Assembly (NCBI GenBank): GCA_016218925.1
Contig: JACRCR010000160.1
Span: forward strand, 23,677-87,676
Length of the DNA: 64,000 bases
Origin: Deltaproteobacteria bacterium
GTDB taxonomy: Bacteria > Desulfobacterota > Binatia > UBA1149 > CAITLU01
Reading direction: 5' to 3'
Part shown: positions 29,384 through 37,766 of the stretch, in pieces
Numbering within the stretch: position 1 is the stretch's first letter
How the letters are laid out: every line of letters starts with the position of its first letter
Made by a program: the position numbers and the translations under genes
The notes under the pieces: generated by a model
What the model was told of the DNA's origin: nothing
Seen by the model: only the letters and a program-made list of their open reading frames with translations
Databases searched by the model: none

Positions 29384-31426
29384 CTACGGATTCGGCTCGC
29401 CCGCGGCGCGGAGCCGGACCCGTGGCAGCGCGAAGAAGAAGGTGCTCCCCTTCGCGAGTTGGCTGTGTGCCCATATTCTTCCGCCGTGGCCCTCGACGAT
29501 TCCCTTGCAGATGGGGAGCCCGAGACCGGCGCCATGGCGGTCGTCACGCGTGGCTTGCCAGTATCTATCGAAGACGTGAATCAGATGTTCGGGCGCGATT
29601 CCGCTCCCGCTGTCACTGACCCAGAACAGCACTTCACCGTCCTGGCTGCTGGTTCCCACTTCGATGCGGCCTCCGGCTGGCGTGAACTTGATCGCGTTGC
29701 CGATCAGGTTGGCGAAGACCTGCTGGATCCGGCGCCGGTCGACCAGTACGCAGGCGTCATCGGTGCGGACCGCCGCCGTGAGCTCCACGTCCAGCGCTAT
29801 CGCCCGCGCCGCTTCGACCGCGGCGCCGACCAGATCCGCGCAGGGGTGGGGCTGCCGGTCGTGAACCATCTGCCCGGCTGCCAGCAGCTTCTCGTCGAGC
29901 AGGTCGTCGATCAGGCGGTTCATCTCGTCGATCGATTCGTTGATCAGACGCGCCGCGCGTCTCTCGGACTCGGTCGCGGCGCGAGCTCCGAGCGTGTGGG
30001 CGGAGAAGAGTATCGCGGTGAGCGGACTGCGAAGCTCGTGGGCCACCACCTGGAGCACGTCGTCGCGCGCCGCGGTGGCATGCTGGGCGGCCTGGAACAG
30101 CCGCGCATTGTCGATGGCCATGGCGGCCTGCCGTCCGAGCGCCTCGGCGAGTTGGAGGTCTTCTTCCCCGAAGCGAACGCCTCCGCGGCATCCGAGAAAG
30201 ACGATGGCGCCGAGCATCCGGTGATGCACCGCCAGCGGGATCGTGATCGACCAGGTCGGGTCGAGTCGTTCCAGAAGCCTGCGGTCCTCGCCTTCGATCC
30301 CGAGCGCGCCGGCGAAGTCGGGCGGCAACTCCGCGCAGGACTCGGCCCGGCGCGTCTCGAACACGCGACGCACCATCGGCGGCGGTTCCCCTGGTTCGAG
30401 CGACCGTTGCAGGGCCTTGGCGATCTCTGCCTTGGCCGGATCGGAGGTCGCGACCTCGAGGCGGCGCACCTGTCCTCGTTCGTCGACGACGTCGACGATG
30501 ACGAAGTCGGCGACCGAGGCCGAGGCGAGCCGCGCGATGCTGGCGAGGGTCTTCTCGTGGTCCAGTGACGAAGCGAGCAGCGCCGCGGCTTCGACGAGAA
30601 AGCGCTGTCTGGTCTCGCGGCGCCGGCGTTTTGAAACGTCACGCAATACCGCCGCGGAGATTCGCTGTCCTCCCACCGTGAACGACGAGATCGCGATCTC
30701 GGCGGGGAACTGCTCGCCGTCGCTGCGCCGTCCGACGACCGCACGCTGCTCTCCCGAGGTTCGTGATCCGGGCTGTCGCTCGATGAATCGTTCGATGTGC
30801 CGGCGATGGGCGGGACCCGAGCCCGGCGGGAGCAAGTCATCGAGAGGCCGCCCGAGCATCTCTGCGCTCGAGCGGCCGAATATGCGCTCGGCACCTTGAT
30901 TGAAAACCGTGACATTCTGGTCGCCGTCGACGGCGATGATCGCGTCGGTGGCGAGCGTGACGATGCCGGACAATTTTTCTTCCGAAACGCGCAGTCCGTC
31001 TTCAGCTACTTTGCGCGGCGTGATGTCGAAGCCGGTGCAGAAAACGAGGTCGGTGGCGGGGCTCTCTTCTATCCGCGTCGTGCACCGCCACAGGATTTCG
31101 CGGCGCTCGCCACCCTTGGTCATCCATGAGTTCTCCAGGGTGATCGGGTCGTGACCGGCGGCCAGCGCGGTCATGTGCGCCTCCTGGATCTCCGGGCGGT
31201 AGTGCCGCAGCAACTCCGCGCGCTTGATCGGGTCGCGGACCTCGTCGAGCGTGTAGCCGGAAAGTTCCTCGCAGGCCCGGTTCCAGTACACGACCTCCAG
31301 ATCGCGATCGAGCACGACGACGAGCGAACCGACCATGTCGAAGAGGTGAAAATCGTGGCCGATCGCCGGGGTGGCTCCGGGTCCCGGAGCCGCGCTGCCG
31401 CGGCTGCGATGTCGCGGGATGCTCAC
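29384..31426 (-). CDS. Cytoplasmic PAS-PAS-GAF sensor histidine kinase
   Basis: Two PAS (WNRACEELSGY; FNQGAERIFG), GAF, VAHELRSPL H-box, NLIGNAIKF, GAGLGL. Confidence 0.92.
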   Translation of the reverse strand: MSIPRHRSRGSAAPGPGATPAIGHDFHLFDMVGSLVVVLDRDLEVVYWNRACEELSGYTLDEVRDPIKRAELLRHYRPEIQEAHMTALAAGHDPITLENSWMTKGGERREILWRCTTRIEESPATDLVFCTGFDITPRKVAEDGLRVSEEKLSGIVTLATDAIIAVDGDQNVTVFNQGAERIFGRSSAEMLGRPLDDLLPPGSGPAHRRHIERFIERQPGSRTSGEQRAVVGRRSDGEQFPAEIAISSFTVGGQRISAAVLRDVSKRRRRETRQRFLVEAAALLASSLDHEKTLASIARLASASVADFVIVDVVDERGQVRRLEVATSDPAKAEIAKALQRSLEPGEPPPMVRRVFETRRAESCAELPPDFAGALGIEGEDRRLLERLDPTWSITIPLAVHHRMLGAIVFLGCRGGVRFGEEDLQLAEALGRQAAMAIDNARLFQAAQHATAARDDVLQVVAHELRSPLTAILFSAHTLGARAATESERRAARLINESIDEMNRLIDDLLDEKLLAAGQMVHDRQPHPCADLVGAAVEAARAIALDVELTAAVRTDDACVLVDRRRIQQVFANLIGNAIKFTPAGGRIEVGTSSQDGEVLFWVSDSGSGIAPEHLIHVFDRYWQATRDDRHGAGLGLPICKGIVEGHGGRIWAHSQLAKGSTFFFALPRVRLRAAGEPNP

Positions 31427-31477
31427 GCGCCCGTGACTACGCCGTCGCGGCTGCTAACGGAAACCGGACCTGAAACG

Positions 31478-34400
31478 CTACAGTCCGGCAAGGACGTCGA
31501 GCAGGCGTTGCTGGTCGGTCCTGCCCTTGTCCAGGCACGCGGTGGCTCCAGCGGCGCGACTGCGTTCGAGTTCGTCCTGGGTGCACGCACCGGTGAGGAT
31601 GATCACCGGCAGCCGCTGCCACCGCGTCGAACGCCGGATCGCATCGGTGAGTCCGAACCCGTCCATGCCAGTCATGTTCACGTCGGTGATGACGGCGTCG
31701 ACGGTTTCGCGCTCGAGCAGGGCCAGCGCTTCTTCGCCGGAGGCCGCTTCGATCACTTGATAACCGGCTCTCGACAGCAGCCGCGCTTCCAGGACCCGCT
31801 CGTCGCGCGAATCGTCGACGATCAGGACTCGCCCCGCTCGTTCCCTACTCCGGCGTGTCTCGAGCAACTCGCGCACCTTGCGCAGCAACACGTCGGTCGG
31901 GCACGGCTTGGGCACGAATTCGCTCCCGGGTTCGAGCAGACCATGGCGCACGATGGCGTCGTCGGCGTACCCCGACATGTAGAGGATCCGTGTGCTGGGG
32001 CGCAGCGCGATCAACCGCTCGGCCAGTTGCGGTCCGCTGATCCCCGGCATCACGACGTCGGTGAGCAGCAGATCGATGTTTCCCTGGAATCGTCGAGCGA
32101 TCTCCAGGCCCTGCTCCCCATCGGCGGCGGGAAGCGTCCGGTAGCCGTGACTCTCGAGTATCCGGCGGACCACATCGCGAACCGCCGCCTCGTCTTCCAC
32201 CAGCAGGATGGTCTCCGTGCCTCCGATCGCCGTGGACGAGGACGTACGCTCGGCGGTCTCCACCGGAGCGTCGACGCGTGGAAGGTAGATGTTGAACGTC
32301 GTTCCTTGCCCTGGTTCGCTGTAGACGGCGATGTGCCCTCCGCTCTGCTTCACTATCCCGTGCACGGTGGCCAGCCCGAGCCCGGTACCCTTTCCGGGTT
32401 CCTTGGTCGTGAAGAACGGTTCGAAGATGCGCGCGAGGGTCTGCTTGTCCATGCCCTGACCGGTATCGGATATCGAGAACGACACGTACTTTCCCGGGCT
32501 GACATCGACGTGCGATCGCGCATACGCTTCGTCGAGCTCGGCTTCGCCGGTTTCGATAGTCAGCTTGCCGCCGTCCGGCATCGCGTCGAGTGCATTCAGC
32601 ACCAGATTCATCACGATCTGGTGCAATTGGTTGGGATCTACGCGAACGTGCCCGGACGGCGTTTTCGACACGATCGTCAGGTGGACATCCTCGGTGATCA
32701 GACTCGTGAGCATGCTCTCGATTCCGCGCAACTCGGTGTCGAGATCGAGCACCTTGGGTTGGAGGACCTGCTTGCGGCCGAAGGCGAGCAGCTGCGCGGT
32801 CAGCGCCGCCGAACGTCGAGCGGCATTGTGGATCTCACCGATGGGCCCCAGCATGGCAGGCTGGCCGCCGGCAGCGTCGGCAAGCAGGTCGCAGTACCCG
32901 TTGATCACGAAGAGCTGGTTGTTGAAGTCGTGCGCGATTCCCCCCGCCAGCCGTCCCACCGCCTCCATCTTCTCCGCCTGACGGAACCGTTCTTCGAGGC
33001 GCAGCCGCTCGGTGACGTCTTCCTTGATGGCGATGAAATGGCTGATGTGGCCTTCGTCATTGCGAACCGGAGTGATCGTCTGTCGCTCGGTGTACAGGCT
33101 ACCGTTCTTGCGGCGGTTGACGAGCTCTCCTTCCCAGATGTTTCCGGCCAGGATCGTGTCCCACAGGACTTTGTAGACGGAAACGTCCTGCAGGTCCGAC
33201 TTGAGAAGCTCGCGCGGGTTGCGGCCGATGGCCTCAGCCCAGCTATAGCCGCTGAGAGCGGTGAAGGCGGGGTTGACCCACTGGATCGCACCGTCGCGGT
33301 CGGTGATGACGATCGCGTTGCCCGCCGACTCCAGAGCGGAGCTCTGCAGGTGCAGCCGCTCCTCGGCCTGTTTGCGCTCGGTGGTGTCCGAGCGGATCGC
33401 GACGTATTGAAACGGCTTGCCATCGGCACCGAGAAACGGGACTACGGTGGTGTCTCCCCAGTTGATGGTTCCATCCCGGGCGCGGTTGGCGAGTTCGCCT
33501 TTCCACACCCGTCCGGCGCGCGTCGTAGCGCGTATCGAGCGCACGAACTCGGGTGAGTAAGTTCCGGGATCGATCAGGCGATAATCTTCACCGACGAGCT
33601 GCTCGCGAGCATACTTCGAGATCGCACAGAAGTTGTCGTTGACGTAGGTGATCTTACCCTTCGCGTCGGTTATCGCGACTATGGCGTGCTGGTCGAGAGC
33701 GAATTTCTGATCCCTCAGCTCGCGGACCACCGAGTCGGTGCGCGTCAGCGCGTCGTCGAGCGTGCGCGAGAGCGCACCGATCTCGTCATCTCCGGCGATC
33801 TCGCTCCAGTTCTCAGGAGCGTTCTCGTGGCGATGTTCGATGAGTTTCCCGATCTTCGCTATCGGGGCGAGGACCAGGCGGTTGAGCATCGCGTATCCGA
33901 GAGCGGACAGCAGCAGCAACGCCGAGAGCAGGGCGAGCGAGAACTCGACGGTCAGACGCCGGATCGCGGCCTGAGAGGGACGCAGATCGAGATGAACGAT
34001 TACCGCTCCATCGACCAGCGGTCCGGCCGCCAGTTCCGGCTGGCTGAGAAGCAGCGGCGACGTGAAGTCGAAACGACCGGTACCGCCGTGATAGTGGCTG
34101 GAGCTGTGCCTGGTGCGGACAGCTCTCGCGAAATCGTCTGCGGCATTGTCTACCGGCAATGTGTCAAGAGGTTCGCCGAGCCACGCCACACGCGTCGAGG
34201 CCATGATGCGAGCCGGATGGCCGCCGGCCACGATGATGAGGCTGACCTCCTTTTCCGCGCCGAGCGCGGTGACCACGCGCTGCAACTCACCCTGGCGCGA
34301 AATGCTCTCGGCCGCGTAGTTGAGCGAATTCGCCAGCAATTCGGCGCGTAGACGTACCTTGCTGATGACCAGGTTGCGCGACACCACGTAGGTACCCCAC

Positions 34401-34495
34401 ACACCGGCAAGCGACAGGGCAACGCCGACCACGATCAACGGTTGCAGGATCTTGCGCCTGAGCGAGCGCGCGACCGGGGTTGGTGCGGCCCTCAT
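31478..34495 (-). CDS. Hybrid sensor kinase (TM-periplasmic-HAMP-PAS-PAS-HisKA-HATPase-REC-REC)
   Basis: DEIGAL HAMP, AGGIAHDFNN, FEPFFTTK, GTGLGL, two receivers (LLTDVVMP; ITDVNM). Confidence 0.93.
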   Translation of the reverse strand: MRAAPTPVARSLRRKILQPLIVVGVALSLAGVWGTYVVSRNLVISKVRLRAELLANSLNYAAESISRQGELQRVVTALGAEKEVSLIIVAGGHPARIMASTRVAWLGEPLDTLPVDNAADDFARAVRTRHSSSHYHGGTGRFDFTSPLLLSQPELAAGPLVDGAVIVHLDLRPSQAAIRRLTVEFSLALLSALLLLSALGYAMLNRLVLAPIAKIGKLIEHRHENAPENWSEIAGDDEIGALSRTLDDALTRTDSVVRELRDQKFALDQHAIVAITDAKGKITYVNDNFCAISKYAREQLVGEDYRLIDPGTYSPEFVRSIRATTRAGRVWKGELANRARDGTINWGDTTVVPFLGADGKPFQYVAIRSDTTERKQAEERLHLQSSALESAGNAIVITDRDGAIQWVNPAFTALSGYSWAEAIGRNPRELLKSDLQDVSVYKVLWDTILAGNIWEGELVNRRKNGSLYTERQTITPVRNDEGHISHFIAIKEDVTERLRLEERFRQAEKMEAVGRLAGGIAHDFNNQLFVINGYCDLLADAAGGQPAMLGPIGEIHNAARRSAALTAQLLAFGRKQVLQPKVLDLDTELRGIESMLTSLITEDVHLTIVSKTPSGHVRVDPNQLHQIVMNLVLNALDAMPDGGKLTIETGEAELDEAYARSHVDVSPGKYVSFSISDTGQGMDKQTLARIFEPFFTTKEPGKGTGLGLATVHGIVKQSGGHIAVYSEPGQGTTFNIYLPRVDAPVETAERTSSSTAIGGTETILLVEDEAAVRDVVRRILESHGYRTLPAADGEQGLEIARRFQGNIDLLLTDVVMPGISGPQLAERLIALRPSTRILYMSGYADDAIVRHGLLEPGSEFVPKPCPTDVLLRKVRELLETRRSRERAGRVLIVDDSRDERVLEARLLSRAGYQVIEAASGEEALALLERETVDAVITDVNMTGMDGFGLTDAIRRSTRWQRLPVIILTGACTQDELERSRAAGATACLDKGRTDQQRLLDVLAGL

Positions 34496-35490
34496 AGCGG
34501 CGGCTCTTTACCGACGAAGATCGCGGTGAAAGCGTCACTGCGGCGATCGGCTCCTTTGATTTGTCCGCTCTGGCGCATCAGCCGGTCACAGGTGTCGATT
34601 GCGGCTGTGAGTTTTCCGCCCGGTCGCAGATAGTCGGCCTGATCGGACTCGAAGAGGCGTTTGGTGCCGCCCGTCAAAGCCTCGCGAAATTCCGCGGGCG
34701 TGATGTTCTCGCGGCCGGCCATTATCCGGTCGGCATCGTCCGGATAATGGTCTCGGTACGCGACAGCGCGATGATATGCGCGCAGCAGCTTGGCGATGTC
34801 AGCCGGGCGCCGGGCGTTGATCTCGGCCTCCACTGCGATGACGTCGAGCACTTCGCCGGGGATATCTGCAGTGGAGAAGATTTTGTGGGCCGCGCCGTCG
34901 CGCAGCAACCTGATCGAAGTTGGAGGGTAGGACACCACCGCGTCAGCTTCCCCTTTGCGAAAAACGTCGAGCATCGAGACTTGGTCCATCGGTACCGGCC
35001 TGACGTCGGCCAGCGTGAGTCCGTTTTTCTCGAGGGCGCGCCCGAGCACGTATCCGCCGAGCGACGCCGGTTCGATGGCAATGCGCGCTCCGCGCAAACC
35101 GACACCATCGGCGATGCCCGCGCGGGCCAGGATGACGTCCGCACCGTCGGAGTAGTCGACGACCTGTACGATCTGGGGCGAACGGTCGCAGTTGTCGCGG
35201 ATCTGCAGCACATCGATCACCGTCGTCGCGATGACGTCGATCTGGCCGCGTTCGTAACTACGCCGGGCATCGGACAGGCACGAAAACTCGACGATTCGCA
35301 GATCCAGCCCTTCGTCGCGGTAGAAGCCCTTCTCCTGGGCCAGATACAGGAACTCGTAGCCGGGCCACGGATTGATGCCCAGTCGCAGAGAAGGGGCGGC
35401 TTCCGGAGAACACCCGATGACGAACGAGAGTGCGGCGGTTGTCACCAACGGGCGAAGGTAGCGGGCGATCGGGTTGCGGGTCACCGGCAT
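34492..35490 (-). CDS. ABC-type substrate-binding lipoprotein (NMT1/THI5/SsuA-like)
   Basis: Lipobox VIGC, WPGYEFLYLAQEKG, DYSDGAD; 4-nt overlap with the kinase. Confidence 0.88.
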   Translation of the reverse strand: MPVTRNPIARYLRPLVTTAALSFVIGCSPEAAPSLRLGINPWPGYEFLYLAQEKGFYRDEGLDLRIVEFSCLSDARRSYERGQIDVIATTVIDVLQIRDNCDRSPQIVQVVDYSDGADVILARAGIADGVGLRGARIAIEPASLGGYVLGRALEKNGLTLADVRPVPMDQVSMLDVFRKGEADAVVSYPPTSIRLLRDGAAHKIFSTADIPGEVLDVIAVEAEINARRPADIAKLLRAYHRAVAYRDHYPDDADRIMAGRENITPAEFREALTGGTKRLFESDQADYLRPGGKLTAAIDTCDRLMRQSGQIKGADRRSDAFTAIFVGKEPPL

Positions 35491-35799
35491 TCTCCACGGC
35501 TCTCGCGCGCTGCCGCGACGGCGCGTCGATGAAGTTCACGCTGCTCGTGTCTGAGCGTCCGGCATATGCCCCAGCCGGGCGCGTGCCCCACGCATGTCGA
35601 GCCGCGGTCACTATAGTCTTCCTGAGGCGGATAATTGCAACGCTGTTCATCAAGCCGGCGCCGGACTTCCCTCACCTCGCTCGAGAGCCTATCGTTGTCT
35701 GCGTGGCAAGAGGCGAAGCGCGATCCGAGGGATACGAGAGGCGGTTATTGCAACGGAAGATCCAACGCTGATGGCCGCCGTTCCTGGGTGGGGCTAGAA

Positions 35800-37653
35800 A
35801 TGAAAGACGACCAAAGTATCAGCGGGTCTGTATCGGCGGTCCGACGTCGATTGATCGCGGATCGGAGCGGATTTCTTGTTCTGCACGTTGTCGTGCTGCT
35901 GCTTCTCGCGGCCCCCTCCGGCATCGCGCAGGAAGCGAGTCCATCTGCAAACGACGCGGGAGGCGCCGGCGCGCCGGCCGCGACGCCCGGTGCGCCGGTC
36001 GGCGCCGACATCGAAACGCTGCGAAAGCTGCTCGGAGTAGCGCCAGCCCCCAAGCCGCAGCCGGTGGTCGAGCCTGAAACGAAGCCGGAGCCTGCGGCGC
36101 CTGTTCCCGAGGCCGTGGAGCAGAAGCAAGAGGAGCCGGCCGCGGCGCCTGTGGCGGTGGAGCCTCCAGCCAAACCCGCCGAGGCCGAGGTGCAGGTGAA
36201 GGAGCCGGCCAAGGCGAAGCCCTCCAAGCCGGCGCCGTCGCGCCAACCGGCGCGGCCCGCAACCGTCAAGACCAAGCGACCGGCCCCGAAACCGGCTCCC
36301 GTTCGTCGTGTCGAGCCGGCCACGCCGAAGACAGTAGAGAAGCCGCCCGCCGAAGCGGCGGGCGGCGAAGCCGGACAACCGCAGGCCGAAGGCGCGAAGA
36401 CCGATCAGCAAGCAGCGCCGGCCCCCGCGCCGGTCGCCGCTGCGACCCCCGCTGAAGACCTGCCGTCCGAGGGGACGTTGGTGACCGGCAAGGATCTCGA
36501 GCGCTGGCGCCATCTGCTGGTGCCGGGACAGCAGTGGGCGCTGTCTCGCGGGGCGACCATGCGGGTGGTCAAGCGCGAAGTGATTCCGATGGAGCGTGCG
36601 CGCACCGAGGCCACAGAGCGCTATCACGCCCAGGTCAGCCTATCGGCGGATAGATTGCACGCAGAGAACTACGTGGCCGGCCTGCCGTTCCCGGTCGTCG
36701 ATCCGGAGGACCCCGACGCCGGCATCAAGCTGATGCTCGATTACGAGGCGCGAATCATCATTGACGACGTAGACGTGCGCAACTTCGCGTGCATGACCGG
36801 TGGGCTGGATCCGAAGCTGGGACTGCGCATCGAACGCGACTTCCGCAACGGGCACCTGCGGCGCCTCTCCTACGTCGGCCGCAACTACGTGCAGCCCAAA
36901 CCGACCTGGCACACTCCCGATGCGCTTCGCTCGCGAGAGGTGCTGCATCCGATAACGGAACCGTTCGACCTGAAAGGCGCCGGCTTCAGCTACACCCGCT
37001 TCCTGGATACCAGCCGTCCCGACGACTCGTGGTTGTACTATCCTCAGACCAAGCGGGTTCGTCGTTTGAGCACCGCGCAGCGTTCCGAGGGCGTGTTCGG
37101 ACAGGACATCGATCTGGACAGCTACGCCGGTTTTTCGGGTTCTCCGGCCTGGAGCGAGTGGCGCTTCCTCGGCGTCAAGACCGTCCTGGCCGTCATGCAC
37201 GCCGAGAATCTGCCACCGAAGTGGCTGTCGCCGCCGGCCGATTTCATGTTCGACGACGTCTGGGAGCCTCGCGAGGTGTACGTTCTGGAAGGCCGCTCGC
37301 GTCTGGCCGGGTACGCGTTCAGCCGCCGCATCATCTACCTGGACCGCGAGTCGTTCCTGATCCCGATGAACGAGATCTACGATCTCAAGGGCAACCTGTG
37401 GAAGTCCGAGATCCAATCCTGGAGGTTCGCGACCAAGCCGCGGCCGGAGGCGGTGCGGGCCGTTTACGACGACGTGCAGGGATTCATCCCGGGGATCACG
37501 ATGTTCGACATGCAGTTCAATCACGCGACTCGCTGTGAACTGCCGGCGCACGACGCGCCCGGCGAGGAAGGCTGGTACTACAACTTCGGCGACGCCGAAG
37601 GCACCACGGAGGAAGTCTTCATGGTGTCGGCTTTCATCGGTTCGGGACGTTGA
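35800..37653 (+). CDS. DUF1329-family periplasmic protein with a long Pro/Ala/Lys/Glu-rich N-terminal linker
   Basis: Signal peptide; YVAGLPFP, DDSWLYYPQTKRVRRLS, RIIYLDRE, YDLKGNLWK. Confidence 0.82.
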   Translation: MKDDQSISGSVSAVRRRLIADRSGFLVLHVVVLLLLAAPSGIAQEASPSANDAGGAGAPAATPGAPVGADIETLRKLLGVAPAPKPQPVVEPETKPEPAAPVPEAVEQKQEEPAAAPVAVEPPAKPAEAEVQVKEPAKAKPSKPAPSRQPARPATVKTKRPAPKPAPVRRVEPATPKTVEKPPAEAAGGEAGQPQAEGAKTDQQAAPAPAPVAAATPAEDLPSEGTLVTGKDLERWRHLLVPGQQWALSRGATMRVVKREVIPMERARTEATERYHAQVSLSADRLHAENYVAGLPFPVVDPEDPDAGIKLMLDYEARIIIDDVDVRNFACMTGGLDPKLGLRIERDFRNGHLRRLSYVGRNYVQPKPTWHTPDALRSREVLHPITEPFDLKGAGFSYTRFLDTSRPDDSWLYYPQTKRVRRLSTAQRSEGVFGQDIDLDSYAGFSGSPAWSEWRFLGVKTVLAVMHAENLPPKWLSPPADFMFDDVWEPREVYVLEGRSRLAGYAFSRRIIYLDRESFLIPMNEIYDLKGNLWKSEIQSWRFATKPRPEAVRAVYDDVQGFIPGITMFDMQFNHATRCELPAHDAPGEEGWYYNFGDAEGTTEEVFMVSAFIGSGR

Positions 37654-37766
37654 GACGATGACGACTCAGGCCCCGGCGCGGGCGGTGTGGCCACGGCGGC
37701 CGGCGTCACGTAGACTCGCCGCCGCATCGTCTGGGTCGACCGGACCCCGGCGCACCGGAGGCAGCC

